A stretch of DNA of 64,000 nucleotides from Polyangiaceae bacterium (GTDB lineage: Bacteria > Myxococcota_A > Polyangia > Polyangiales > Polyangiaceae). The stretch covers positions 1 through 64,000 of the forward strand of contig JANRKO010000011.1 of the NCBI GenBank assembly GCA_033763455.1. Reading direction: 5' to 3'. Positions 9,603-19,026 of this stretch are shown here, one piece after another. Position 1 is the stretch's first letter. The number at the start of each line of letters is the position of its first letter. Under the pieces are notes generated by a model. That model was given only the letters and a program-made list of their open reading frames with translations. It was not told the DNA's origin and made no database searches. The position numbers and the translations under genes were made by a program.

Positions 9603-10390
9603 TAGGCGCTCAGAACATCAGCGATGGTGTAAAGGCCGGGCGGTTGTTGGCGCACGAAGCGGGCGGCAACGAGAGCCCCGTGAGCGAAAAGATCCCGGTT
9701 TGATGCGCGGTGCGTGAGCTCTAGGCGTTCGCCCTGCCCCAACAAGTGAACCGTGTGATCCCCGATCACGTCGCCGCCGCGAATGGCAAGGATGGCAACC
9801 TCTTCGTCCGTCCGCTTGCCAACTTCACCCTCACGCCCGTGCAAGAAGCGCGAATCTTGACGCACCTGCTTCACGGCGTCAGCAAGGCGCACGGCCGTGC
9901 CGCTCGGCGAATCCACCTTACGCCGGTGATGGGCCTCCACGATTTCTACGTCAAACCCTGGGCCCAGCCGCCGAAGGGCAAACTGTACAGCCTCGGCCAA
10001 CACCTGGATGCCAAGGCTCATATTGGCCGCCCACAGCACCGGCACGGACTCAGCGGCCTTGTGCAGCGCCTGGCGACCGGCGTCGTCGAGGTTCGTGGTG
10101 CCGCTAACAATCGCAACCTTCTGGCGCGTAGCCAGCGCTAGCAAGCTCGGCAAGGCGGAGGCAATGGAGAAGTCAATCACCACCTCAGCTCCCAGAAGAG
10201 CCGAATGAGTGTCTGCCGATGCGAGCACACCGAGCGGCCCAATACCAGCAAGCTCACCCAAATCTCTCCCTTCCGCAGGATCCAGGGGGGCGCACACCGC
10301 CCCAACGAGCTCTACATCCCCGAGAGCGTGCGATAGCCGCGCAATGCTGAGGCCCATCCTGCCCGTGGCACCGTGGAGTGCGAGCTTCAT
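9602..10390 (-). CDS. dapB: 4-hydroxy-tetrahydrodipicolinate reductase
   Basis: GATGRMG, VIDFS, GTT, EAHHRRKVDSPSGTA, RGGDVIGDHTV; ATG at 10390 overlaps the dapA stop. Confidence 0.96.
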   Translation of the reverse strand: MKLALHGATGRMGLSIARLSHALGDVELVGAVCAPLDPAEGRDLGELAGIGPLGVLASADTHSALLGAEVVIDFSIASALPSLLALATRQKVAIVSGTTNLDDAGRQALHKAAESVPVLWAANMSLGIQVLAEAVQFALRRLGPGFDVEIVEAHHRRKVDSPSGTAVRLADAVKQVRQDSRFLHGREGEVGKRTDEEVAILAIRGGDVIGDHTVHLLGQGERLELTHRASNRDLFAHGALVAARFVRQQPPGLYTIADVLSA

Positions 10391-11280
10391 GTTGCCTCGA
10401 ACTCGGAAAGTGCGGCGGCCAAGCGCTTTTGGCACTCGGGGCTCACCTCAACGAGTGGGGAACGCACGTAGGGACCCATGAGCCCCTTCTGCGCCAAGGC
10501 GGCCTTAATCGGTTGCGGATTGGGCTCTGAAAACAGCGCCCGGTAAACCGGCATGAGCTTTCTGTGTTTGACAAGCGCCGCTTCAAACTGCCCAGCAGCC
10601 ATATCTTCCACAACAGCCATGACTTGCTTTGGATACAGGTTACTAGCAACGCTGATCACTCCGCGAGCGCCCACGCTCATGAGCGGAAGCGTCAATGGGT
10701 CGTCACCACTTAGAAGAGAAACACCTGGATTCAAACTCGGAATGATGTCCTGGCTGTAGTTGAGGGCACCGGTGGCATCTTTAATCGCGATAATGTGCGG
10801 GCAAACCTCAAGCATCCGCCGCGTGGTATCCGGCTCCAACGCAACCGCCGAGCGGTGCGGAATATTGTAGAGCACGATCGGCACGGAAATGGCTTTACCA
10901 ATGAGCTCTACGTGACGCAGTAGGCCTGCCTGCGAAGGCCTGTTGTAATACGGCATCACGATCATCACCGCATCGGCGCCGGCATCAACCGCGCGCTTGG
11001 AGAGGTGAATGCTATCGTGCGTGGAATTGTTCCCCGTACCCGCCAAGATGAACGTGCGCCCTTTGGCGTGCTTCGCTGTGAAGCGGATAATCTCCTGTTG
11101 CTCGTCTTCAGTTAACGTCGGAGTCTCACCCGTTGTGCCACACGGCACCACACCTGCGACCTTTGCCGAAAGCTGAACCTCTAGGAGCTTCTCAAAACCG
11201 CCCCAATCGATCTTGTCGGTGTCTTCAAGAAATGGGGTAACAAGCGCGGTAAATACGCCAGAAAGCGGGCGGAGAGTCAT
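10387..11280 (-). CDS. dapA: 4-hydroxy-tetrahydrodipicolinate synthase
   Basis: ALVTPF, GTTGE, PYYNRP, LYNIP, IKDATG, SGDD, EPNPQPIK. Confidence 0.96.
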   Translation of the reverse strand: MTLRPLSGVFTALVTPFLEDTDKIDWGGFEKLLEVQLSAKVAGVVPCGTTGETPTLTEDEQQEIIRFTAKHAKGRTFILAGTGNNSTHDSIHLSKRAVDAGADAVMIVMPYYNRPSQAGLLRHVELIGKAISVPIVLYNIPHRSAVALEPDTTRRMLEVCPHIIAIKDATGALNYSQDIIPSLNPGVSLLSGDDPLTLPLMSVGARGVISVASNLYPKQVMAVVEDMAAGQFEAALVKHRKLMPVYRALFSEPNPQPIKAALAQKGLMGPYVRSPLVEVSPECQKRLAAALSEFEAT

Positions 11281-11410
11281 GGGGGACCCGTTTTTGGCGC
11301 GTCCACGCCGCAAACGCAAGGGCGCCGAAACTGCCGGACCGGTGAGAAACGGCAGCGCACGGCAAGACGACCGGAAGGCGGTGCGAACACGCCCCCTGCA
11401 ATTCCGGCGC

Positions 11411-11441
11411 CCGCGAGTCCACACGTCCGCGAGTCCACACG
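11411..11441. repeat. Tandem 15-bp direct repeat CCGCGAGTCCACACG, two copies
   Basis: Copies at 11411-11425 and 11427-11441. Confidence 0.85.
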
Positions 11442-11510
11442 CGCGCGACCTAGCACCGCGACCGAGCGCCAGCGAGCCCGGCACCAGCGCCCACCCAGCA
11501 CCACCGAGTC

Positions 11511-11534
11511 GAGGTACTTGCTATGCTAAGTACC
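11511..11534 (+). repeat. Inverted-repeat motif GGTACTT-N8-AAGTACC, copy 1
   Basis: GAGGTACTTGCTATGCTAAGTACC; 22/24 identical to the reverse complement of 18464-18487. Confidence 0.85.
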
Positions 11535-11649
11535 CTAGTGGCAAGAAATACCCCAGTGCCCCCACCTTCGCTCTTCCCCCTCCGGGCCCCGAAGTTGGTT
11601 CACCTTTCGGCAAGGCTGCGAGAGCGTTGGGCGCTGAGCCTAGCACTCG

Positions 11650-12999
11650 CTAGGCCCCCGTTCGCTTGCGAAGATTGGCAACGAAGTAGCCGTCTGTGCC
11701 GTGCCTGTGGGGCAAGAGCCTGAGCGTAGACGCCCCGGACTCCAGCAAGCCCGAGAGCTCGGGCGCCTCGAATGGAGTGAGCTCAAGCAGATCCGCCACT
11801 TGGGCAAGCACCCCCTCACACTCATCAGGAAGCACGCTGCAGACAGCAAAAACAACTCTGCCAGAAGCTAGCACCCGAGACGCGGCATTGCGCAAGATGG
11901 CTAACGAAATCTGAGCCATGCGTTTGGGATCATCAGCTCCTAAGTGCAGCAAGATCTCAGGTCTGCGGCGCAGCGTGCCAACGCCAGTGCAAGGGGCGTC
12001 CACCAACACCCGATCAAATTCGTCTGGCACAGTGCCGGTTCCCGCTGTCCAATCCACGGGTTCGGTTTCAACCGAAAGCCCTGCGGTTCGCGCGTCTTCT
12101 GCGAGCACTTGCAGCTTCTGCGCATACAGATCGGAGGCCAATACGTGCCCTTCCGAGCCCACCCTTTCTGCCAATAAGAGAGCCTTGTTGCCTCGACCGG
12201 CACAAGCATCAAGTACCCGTTCCCCAGGCCGAGCACCCACAAGCCAAGCCAGAAGCTGCGCGCCTTCTTCCTGAACGGTGAAGCGACCTTCGAGCTGGCG
12301 CAAATCCCCGTGGCCAGGCACGCGATAGCCGTTCGGCGCGAAGCGGCTCGGTTCCGCCTCGGCGAGCCACGCCGGCACCGGATGCCCGTGAAGCACGCGC
12401 ACGCTCGGCAGCGGAGGGTGAAAGCTCAGCACACCGGAGCTCTCTTGAATACCAAGCAGCGCCAGCATCTCTTCATGGCCCACGCACTTTTCCAGCCGCC
12501 GCTTCAACCAATCTGGGGCTGTCTTCAGGATCCCTTCGGGAACTGCCATCCGAACGCCGGAGGCTGCAAGCCGACGAAGAAGCGCATTGACGAAGCCTGC
12601 CATACGCGGCCCACGCAGCTTTCGTACTCCGGAGACAGCGCTATCCACCGCCGCGAATTGGGGGACTTTATCAAGAACCAGAAGTTGATAAGCCGCCACC
12701 AAAAGGTGCGCCAGCACCATGCCGTCTTTCTGATTCAACCCACGGGGCGTGTGGACTGACAGGCAATCAATGAGCCCCCTATACGTACGGATCACTCCGT
12801 AGCAGACCTCGGTAATCAGATGCCGATCACTCGGCGCAAGCTGCGAATTTCTGTCTAGCTCAGCCGACAATGTGGGCGCAACGTAGCTCGACTGGGTGAG
12901 CACACGATCTACGATCCGCGCCGCTATCTCACGCGTATTATCGCCACGCACGTTGCGGGGCGCTTTGGGCTCAGCTGACGAGTTCACGGACTTGCCCAA
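11650..12999 (-). CDS. rsmB: RsmB/Sun RNA m5C methyltransferase with NusB-like N-terminal domain
   Basis: GFVNALLR, VQEEGAQL, VLDACAGRGNK, VLVDAPCTGVGTLRRRPE, VCS, TDGYF; start uncertain. Confidence 0.88.
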   Translation of the reverse strand: MGKSVNSSAEPKAPRNVRGDNTREIAARIVDRVLTQSSYVAPTLSAELDRNSQLAPSDRHLITEVCYGVIRTYRGLIDCLSVHTPRGLNQKDGMVLAHLLVAAYQLLVLDKVPQFAAVDSAVSGVRKLRGPRMAGFVNALLRRLAASGVRMAVPEGILKTAPDWLKRRLEKCVGHEEMLALLGIQESSGVLSFHPPLPSVRVLHGHPVPAWLAEAEPSRFAPNGYRVPGHGDLRQLEGRFTVQEEGAQLLAWLVGARPGERVLDACAGRGNKALLLAERVGSEGHVLASDLYAQKLQVLAEDARTAGLSVETEPVDWTAGTGTVPDEFDRVLVDAPCTGVGTLRRRPEILLHLGADDPKRMAQISLAILRNAASRVLASGRVVFAVCSVLPDECEGVLAQVADLLELTPFEAPELSGLLESGASTLRLLPHRHGTDGYFVANLRKRTGA

Positions 13000-14647
13000 C
13001 GATCACGTCCCAGCGTTTTTCAACATCATTTTTGAATGCCACCGCCATAAGACCCAAAAGAATTGCCATCCCCACGATGTGGGCGATCTCCCGCACACGC
13101 AAGGGTAACGGCCGCCGCATAATACCTTCGAGCGCAAAGAACATGAGGTGCCCACCATCAAGCAGCGGTATCGGTAGTAAATTGAACAAGCCGAGATTGA
13201 TGCTGATAAGCGCCATCACCCAGATAAAGTAGTCAGCACCCTTTCGCCCTTCCTGGCCCGCCACTTCGTAGATGGTAATTGGCCCAGACAGCGACTTCAG
13301 GCTAATTCGACCTTCCGCCACACGCACGAGCCCTACGAACAGGAAGCGAGTAACGTCGATCGTTTCCTCAAGCGCGCGCTGAAAAGCGTAACGCACGGGC
13401 GTGGGGTGCTCCACACGCTGCTCAGGCGCGAGCGGAACCCATTGCTGTACGGGCAACACGTAATGAACAAACGACTGTCCGTGTTCGTCAGTGAACTCTT
13501 CACGCCGCAAAAGAAACGTTCCGGAGCGTGGCCGCCCATCGCGAGCGCTCAAAAACTCGATCCGATGCGCCTTATCTGGTGTTTTTAGCACCTGCTCACG
13601 AAAGCTAGACCACGCGGTTATGGTGTTGCCATCTAGGGCAAGCAACTTATCTCCCGGCCGCAGGCCTGCTCGTGAGAGAAACGATTCTTCGGGGACCACC
13701 GCCGCGTACACATCGGCAAGCTCCATACCTGCTCGCTCCATCAGCGTGCCTGTTCCGGGGTTTGGAGTCAGAGCGACTACTCCAGCTTCGTAGACACCCA
13801 TCTCGGCAAGGCTACCAAGCGGAGGTGGTGTGGTGATGGGGCGCATGTAAGTGATCGGAACCGTTTCACCTTGATTCTCGGAAAACTGCCCCTCAAGATC
13901 CATGAAGCGGCGAATGGGTGAGCCCGCAACATTCGTAATCACGTCGAAGGTTCGAAGCCCCGCGCGATACGCTGGAGAGTCCGGATCTGGCACTCCGATT
14001 ACCGCCGCCGGTGCACTCGGCTTGATCCCAACGTTGCCGACGTGCCTTATGATATCCAACTCTTGACGTTCGATTTCGTCGTCTGCTGTGACCTCGACAT
14101 CTACGTGGCGACTATTCCGAAAGATCTTAAACGTCAGGGATTCACCTGGGGATTTTGCGATGATGCGTTTCACCTCATCGAACGTTCCGACATCTTGCCC
14201 GTTCACCGCCATGATGCGATCCCCCGGCAACAACTTCCCGTCAGCGGGATGATCCGGCAGGACGATGCCAACCGTGGGCGCCAAGAAAGGACCCTCACCC
14301 AGAAATACAGAGAAATAGAGCAAGATCGGAAAAACGAGGTTCATCACCGGGCCTGCGAGCACGACGATGATACGCTTATAAAGCGACAGCGATTCAAAGG
14401 TGCGCTTCCTATCCTCGGGCAACACAATATCGCTCTTCGAAGACTCCAACATTTTGACGTAGCCGCCGAACGGCAGAAGCGAAATGCAATACTCCGTCTC
14501 CCGCCCGCGCAGCTTCAGAAGCTTGGGGCCGAACCCGAGGCTGAACGTGATCACTTTGACACCAAAAGCTTTGGCGAACATGAAGTGGCCTAGCTCATGC
14601 ACAAAGATGAGCGTGCTCACTAAGATCACGAAGTAGAGGAGATCCAT
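12971..14647 (-). CDS. rseP: RIP metalloprotease RseP (M50) with three PDZ-like domains
   Basis: HELGH, GFGP, PFGGYVKM, AGPVMN, NLLPIPLLDGGH. Confidence 0.95.
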   Translation of the reverse strand: MDLLYFVILVSTLIFVHELGHFMFAKAFGVKVITFSLGFGPKLLKLRGRETEYCISLLPFGGYVKMLESSKSDIVLPEDRKRTFESLSLYKRIIVVLAGPVMNLVFPILLYFSVFLGEGPFLAPTVGIVLPDHPADGKLLPGDRIMAVNGQDVGTFDEVKRIIAKSPGESLTFKIFRNSRHVDVEVTADDEIERQELDIIRHVGNVGIKPSAPAAVIGVPDPDSPAYRAGLRTFDVITNVAGSPIRRFMDLEGQFSENQGETVPITYMRPITTPPPLGSLAEMGVYEAGVVALTPNPGTGTLMERAGMELADVYAAVVPEESFLSRAGLRPGDKLLALDGNTITAWSSFREQVLKTPDKAHRIEFLSARDGRPRSGTFLLRREEFTDEHGQSFVHYVLPVQQWVPLAPEQRVEHPTPVRYAFQRALEETIDVTRFLFVGLVRVAEGRISLKSLSGPITIYEVAGQEGRKGADYFIWVMALISINLGLFNLLPIPLLDGGHLMFFALEGIMRRPLPLRVREIAHIVGMAILLGLMAVAFKNDVEKRWDVIVGQVRELVS

Positions 14648-14738
14648 CTAGCCAACTGGCACGCTAAGTAACATTCGAGCAGAACTAAGAATCCCGGGGA
14701 CCGTAGCACGCCGCCCCCAGATGGGGTAGGGAAATGCC

Positions 14739-15215
14739 ATGCAGGAAAAACCCGTCTCTGCCTCGGAAATCACGATGAATCAGCTCATGTTGCCAGTGCA
14801 CGCGAACGCGCTCGGCAATGTGCACGGTGGCCTCATCATGAAGATGGTCGACGAAACGGGGGCCATTGCGGCCATGCGCCATGCCGGCAAGCCGTGTGTC
14901 ACCATCGCGATCGATTCTATGACCTTTCACTCACCCGTGCACATTGGAGAGCTCGTGTGCTGCCAGGCGCAGGTAACTTACGTTGGCAAAAGCTCCATCG
15001 AAGTAGAAGTTAAAGTGCACGCCGAAAACGCGATCACGGGCAACATCACCCACACCAATTCCGCGTACGTGGTTTACGTTGCACTTGATGATCACGGGCG
15101 CCCCACCCCTGTACCCGGGCTCACCCTCCTCACGGATGAAGAACGGCAGCGAGCGGCGGAAGCCAAGTCGCGACAGGAATACCGACTCCTTCAAGCGAAA
15201 ACGCACCGAGCTTAA
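14739..15215 (+). CDS. Acyl-CoA thioesterase (YciA-like hotdog fold)
   Basis: ANALGNVHGGLIMKMVD..VTIAID..VGKSSIEV..YVALD. Confidence 0.9.
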   Translation: MQEKPVSASEITMNQLMLPVHANALGNVHGGLIMKMVDETGAIAAMRHAGKPCVTIAIDSMTFHSPVHIGELVCCQAQVTYVGKSSIEVEVKVHAENAITGNITHTNSAYVVYVALDDHGRPTPVPGLTLLTDEERQRAAEAKSRQEYRLLQAKTHRA

Positions 15216-16456
15216 CTCTTTTGGTTCGTGAAGGCTCTAACCAGCGCCGCAAAATCCCCACGCAGCCAGCTGTTTCCGAGCAGCGCGCCGTAATGGCCCC
15301 GGCGCGCAACAACCTGAGAGCGTGGAGGTAGTGGGAGCTGAAACCTGTAAACCTCGTCAGCTTGGCCGCTCGCTCTGAGGCTCAGTAGGCAGCAATCGCG
15401 ACTATCTTCGTAGGAGCCAAAAAGGGCTGCGTAACCGCCAGCCACCGCTACGGCATGCGCACCTTGCACCGCCAAATTCCAGACTCCACCCACGTCGCCC
15501 GCCCGGTCAAAACGAACCAGGGCAAAATCGCGGTAGTAATACACCCAGGTCTCTTCAAGGCTGGCGTTGAGGGCGTAACACTCGTCCATCGGCGCAAGCT
15601 TCTGCGACACGGGAAACCTCCACAGTGGATTGCCGTGCTGATCGAAGCGCACAAGCCCTGAGGCGCCGAGTGGTTGCTTCCAACCAAGCGCCCCTTCGAC
15701 GCCTTGATCGAAGTAGCCAACGACGATGGAACTGTCCTCGAGCGCTTGTACGTGAGATATCCCATCCCCCAGCGTGAACTCACTCACGATGGCACCAGAA
15801 CGCAAATCGAAGACATTGGCATTGTGCTCGGCCCCTAGTGCATCAAACCGCGCCCGCGCCCCACACACGATAGCGCGTGCATCCGGCAATAGGTCAACGT
15901 GGAGTGCTCGCATCTTCAAGCCAACCAGCTCATGTGAATGGACCCCTCCGGGAGTGAGCTCAAAAAGCCTCGCGCGGTACGGCTCCGCCACGCGTGTTTG
16001 CGGCCAAACCAGGCCCATATCTTGAGTCCCAAGCACCTCCTTGAGCACTCGTTCCTCAACGCAAAGCAATAACGGATGGCCCGAAGTGGTTAGATTATAG
16101 GCAGCCACCAACCAACCCGCGGGCACCACGGAAGTGAGCTGCCACGCGTCTTCTAAGAGAGCGTGCAAGTAATTCCTCCGTTGCAGCCACGTTCTCCGCT
16201 TAACGCTTCCTCTAGCCCCAGCCGCCCTGCATTGACCGCCGCGAAATCGAGCGAAAACCACCGGCCGAACGCCCGCTCTTTTGGCCCAAATGCGGCGTGC
16301 TGCAGCGCAACACGCCGGACGCTTGGCCGCGTCCCCTGGGTCACTCGGGACACTCGTGTGCAAGTCACGAATACCTCTTTCAAAAGTGGGTTCATCGGTC
16401 TTCGTACTTCGGCGCACATGCGTTTCAGTTGGGAGCCCTCGTACCACCAAGCGCAC
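15212..16456 (-). CDS. Hypothetical protein (beta-rich C-terminal two-thirds); true start probably downstream of 16456
   Basis: Long ORF; GDGISHVQ..VGYFDQGV..GLVRFD..MDECYALN..YYRDF looks like a real folded domain. Confidence 0.6.
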   Translation of the reverse strand: MRLVVRGLPTETHVRRSTKTDEPTFERGIRDLHTSVPSDPGDAAKRPACCAAARRIWAKRAGVRPVVFARFRGGQCRAAGARGSVKRRTWLQRRNYLHALLEDAWQLTSVVPAGWLVAAYNLTTSGHPLLLCVEERVLKEVLGTQDMGLVWPQTRVAEPYRARLFELTPGGVHSHELVGLKMRALHVDLLPDARAIVCGARARFDALGAEHNANVFDLRSGAIVSEFTLGDGISHVQALEDSSIVVGYFDQGVEGALGWKQPLGASGLVRFDQHGNPLWRFPVSQKLAPMDECYALNASLEETWVYYYRDFALVRFDRAGDVGGVWNLAVQGAHAVAVAGGYAALFGSYEDSRDCCLLSLRASGQADEVYRFQLPLPPRSQVVARRGHYGALLGNSWLRGDFAALVRAFTNQKS

Positions 16457-16579
16457 CTTGGTGGCTACACGGCGCCGATGAACCCGACCCTTAACGGCCG
16501 CTCTTCCACGCGCGTAGCTGTTTCGATTGCTTTTAATGTCCCTTCTCTACCCAGACAAAGCGACTAGACTTAGCCCCGT

Positions 16580-18280
16580 ATGGAGAGGTCTGTGTCGGCC
16601 ATAGCTTCCGCGCGACCCGCGCTGGTTCGGTTTCGCCGAGGGGCTACCCACGCCCTCGACGACGCCGAAGCGTTGCTGGGAGCCGAGCCTGTGCACGAAG
16701 CCAAGGCATTTCGGCTGGCCTTTGCTGCGACACAGAATCTATACGGCGTAACCACGGCTCCGCTGCCGCTGTTGGAAGACGCGCAGGGGCTCTTAGAAGC
16801 AAGCCTTAGCACCGCTGACGGTATAGCGGAGCTCTGCAGGGTGATGTCTCGCATTAGTTTGCTCGGATTCGATCTCGGGAGCATGGCTCGCTGGCACGAG
16901 TTGCACTCTAGCTTGGTGTCCAACAGCAGTGAGCAATATGCTTGGTATCGCGCCACCGCGCTCTGGTTGGATCTGATGCAGGGGCGCCCCGCCATGGCGC
17001 AAGAAGCACAAGATCAGCTGGCCGCGTTTGACGACGCTCTCCCCGTGGAACTCAAGGTGGAGCTACTAACGCTGTGCGCACTTGGTGCCCTTTTGCTGAA
17101 CCACCCAGAGACGGCATTAACCTATATCGACAGTGCTACCGAGCTAGCAAAAGCTGAAAGCCTAGTGGAATGGCGCCTCCTCACAACGCTCGCTCGTTGC
17201 CGAGTGTTGCGCTACCTCGGGCGCCCACTGCTTGCGAGTCTCTTCCTGAACAAGCTGTCGGCAGAGGCGCCGCCGGCTTTTGGCGCGTGGATAGCCTGGG
17301 AAAAGGCGCTCGCCGACGGAAGCCTTGAACCCGAACTGAAGGATGCTGCGCCTGATTCATCTCGGCGGGGGATCTCGGTCGCTACCAATGGTGCTTGGGT
17401 TGCCGTGAACGAGCTCTCAGCTCTACTCCACGCTGCACGGGTAAGCTCGGAACGCATTCAATCCGCCCGAGAGGCCCTCTCCCACACGCTCACCGGCGTG
17501 CGGCCAATGCTGTATGAAGTGCAGTTGTTGGCGGGAAGCCTAGATTATCAGCAACCGCCCCCCAAGAACCTGAGAAGCTGGTGTTGGGGTCAAGATCCTT
17601 TACCTCCCGGCGGGCTTCACAGCGCGGGCACCGAAGCCGGTGCATCCACGGCGCCGACAAGCTTCGCCATCCTGCAGCGCGGTCATGTCGGTCGGCGCGT
17701 GCTCGCCTGCGCGCTCCCCTCCACGGTAGTGGGTTTTGGCAAAGACTGGATCCAAGTGAGCGGGCAAACGCTCCCACAAACGGCGCTTTCAGCCTTAGCA
17801 CTCGCCGACCACGCGGAGCTCAGCCATGCCGAGCTCTTTCGGCAAAGTTACGGTATCGAATACATCCGTCGCGTGCACCAAGCACTGCTAACGGCGCTCT
17901 TGGATCGCACCGAACAGCTTCTTGGAGATCACGGCACGCTCACAAGGCGTGCCCATTCTGTAAGCCTCACGGTTCACGCTGAAGCCTTGGTTGTCTTTGA
18001 TCCGAGGACGGCGCGGCCGATCTGCGAGCGTGTTTTGAGCCAATTGGTGGCAAGCGAATCCGGCACTCTGGAGCAATTGAGCGCCCAGCTGAGCTTGCCC
18101 CCGCGCCTCGTAGGGTTAGCCCTCGCCGAGCTGGTCACCCTGGGTGCCGCCGTTCGGGTGGGCATTCACAACGCCGAGCTATTCTCGCTGAGTCCTGAGC
18201 TTGAGCCGGACGAGCCCGCCTCTCTCGCGCGGCCGAAACCACTGAAATCCGAGCCGCCGTCGCGTCGCACAGGTACGTAA
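16580..18280 (+). CDS. Hypothetical helical protein with possible C-terminal winged-HTH
   Basis: 566-aa ORF; C-terminal GTLEQLSAQLSLPPRLVGLALAELVTLGAAVRVG resembles a wHTH. Confidence 0.55.
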   Translation: MERSVSAIASARPALVRFRRGATHALDDAEALLGAEPVHEAKAFRLAFAATQNLYGVTTAPLPLLEDAQGLLEASLSTADGIAELCRVMSRISLLGFDLGSMARWHELHSSLVSNSSEQYAWYRATALWLDLMQGRPAMAQEAQDQLAAFDDALPVELKVELLTLCALGALLLNHPETALTYIDSATELAKAESLVEWRLLTTLARCRVLRYLGRPLLASLFLNKLSAEAPPAFGAWIAWEKALADGSLEPELKDAAPDSSRRGISVATNGAWVAVNELSALLHAARVSSERIQSAREALSHTLTGVRPMLYEVQLLAGSLDYQQPPPKNLRSWCWGQDPLPPGGLHSAGTEAGASTAPTSFAILQRGHVGRRVLACALPSTVVGFGKDWIQVSGQTLPQTALSALALADHAELSHAELFRQSYGIEYIRRVHQALLTALLDRTEQLLGDHGTLTRRAHSVSLTVHAEALVVFDPRTARPICERVLSQLVASESGTLEQLSAQLSLPPRLVGLALAELVTLGAAVRVGIHNAELFSLSPELEPDEPASLARPKPLKSEPPSRRTGT

Positions 18281-18306
18281 CCCGAACAGCGGTGTGGCCA
18301 AACCAG

Positions 18307-18392
18307 TGGGTGCTTCGCGCTCCTGTGGCTGCGTGCGAGCGGATGGGTGCTTCGCGCTCCTGTGGCTGCGTGCGAGCGGATGGGTTCGCGCT
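18307..18392. repeat. Perfect 37-bp tandem duplication plus a partial third copy
   Basis: TGGGTGCTTCGCGCTCCTGTGGCTGCGTGCGAGCGGA at 18307-18343 and 18344-18380, then TGGGTTCGCGCT. Confidence 0.9.
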
Positions 18393-18463
18393 GCTTACCT
18401 GTGACGGCGTTTGATCGGCGTTCGGGCTTGCCGCCTTGGGTTGGGCGTTTTCTTTCGCGATGT

Positions 18464-18487
18464 GGTACTTAGCATGACAAGTACCTC
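18464..18487 (-). repeat. Inverted-repeat motif GGTACTT-N8-AAGTACC, copy 2 (opposite orientation to copy 1)
   Basis: Minus strand reads GAGGTACTTGTCATGCTAAGTACC. Confidence 0.85.
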
Positions 18488-18698
18488 TTGCCGAAGCAAA
18501 GGTACCTTCCCGCAACCACCAACCAAGATGGAAGAGCTCCGGGACCCGTCGACCCGCGAAGAGAGTACGCTTGCTCTTTGAGTGAGTCACAGGTATCCTG
18601 GGGACTTCCAATGACCACGCGCGCGCTCCCATGCACTAAACCCTGCGGAATTTCCGCAGTTTGGTACATGCACGTGATGTGTCCGGTGCGCTTCCGAT

Positions 18699-18758
18699 AT
18701 GGCGTGCGAGCTACGGAGGCTTTGCCCTGAAGGATTAAGAAGCAACCTTGCTTTTTAG
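18699..18758 (+). CDS. Candidate leader peptide MACELRRLCPEGLRSNLAF
   Basis: ATG 18699 to TAG 18756-18758, ending immediately before the terminator stem. Confidence 0.5.
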   Translation: MACELRRLCPEGLRSNLAF

Positions 18759-18790
18759 GCCTTTTGGGAAACCAGAAGGCTTTTTTTTTT
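18759..18790 (+). terminator. Rho-independent terminator in the leader of the MFS gene
   Basis: GCCTTTTGG-GAAA-CCAGAAGGC followed by 10 T. Confidence 0.9.
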
Positions 18791-18883
18791 GCTTGCTACT
18801 CCGACGCCACACGGAGCTCGGCCGTGCTTTGTTCAGCGAGCGCCGCGGGACACCTGCGCCGTTGGTTCAGTGTTTCTTTAACC

Positions 18884-19008
18884 CAATCCCTCAATCCCTC
18901 AATAGCCCGAATCCTCAATCCTCAGTCCCTCAACCTCCCACCGTTCCGCTCCCCAGCGGTGCACCGTTTTCCTGATTCGCCAACTCGCTAACTCGCCAAC
19001 TCGCCAAT
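18884..19008. repeat. Short 7-8-bp tandem repeat tracts: CAATCCCT/AATCCTC and TCGCCAAC x4
   Basis: caatccct caatccct caatagcc.. aatcctc aatcctc agtccctc; tcgccaac tcgctaac tcgccaac tcgccaat at 18977-19008. Confidence 0.8.
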
Positions 19009-19026
19009 TCACTGATCGAGAATGAC

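Noticed and set aside
11281..11649. Lysine riboswitch upstream of dapA-dapB
   Set aside because: The region is long enough but I could not recognise the conserved L-box elements; it is dominated by short repeats
18307..18392. CRISPR array (37-bp repeat length)
   Set aside because: Copies are directly adjacent with no spacers, and no cas genes are present
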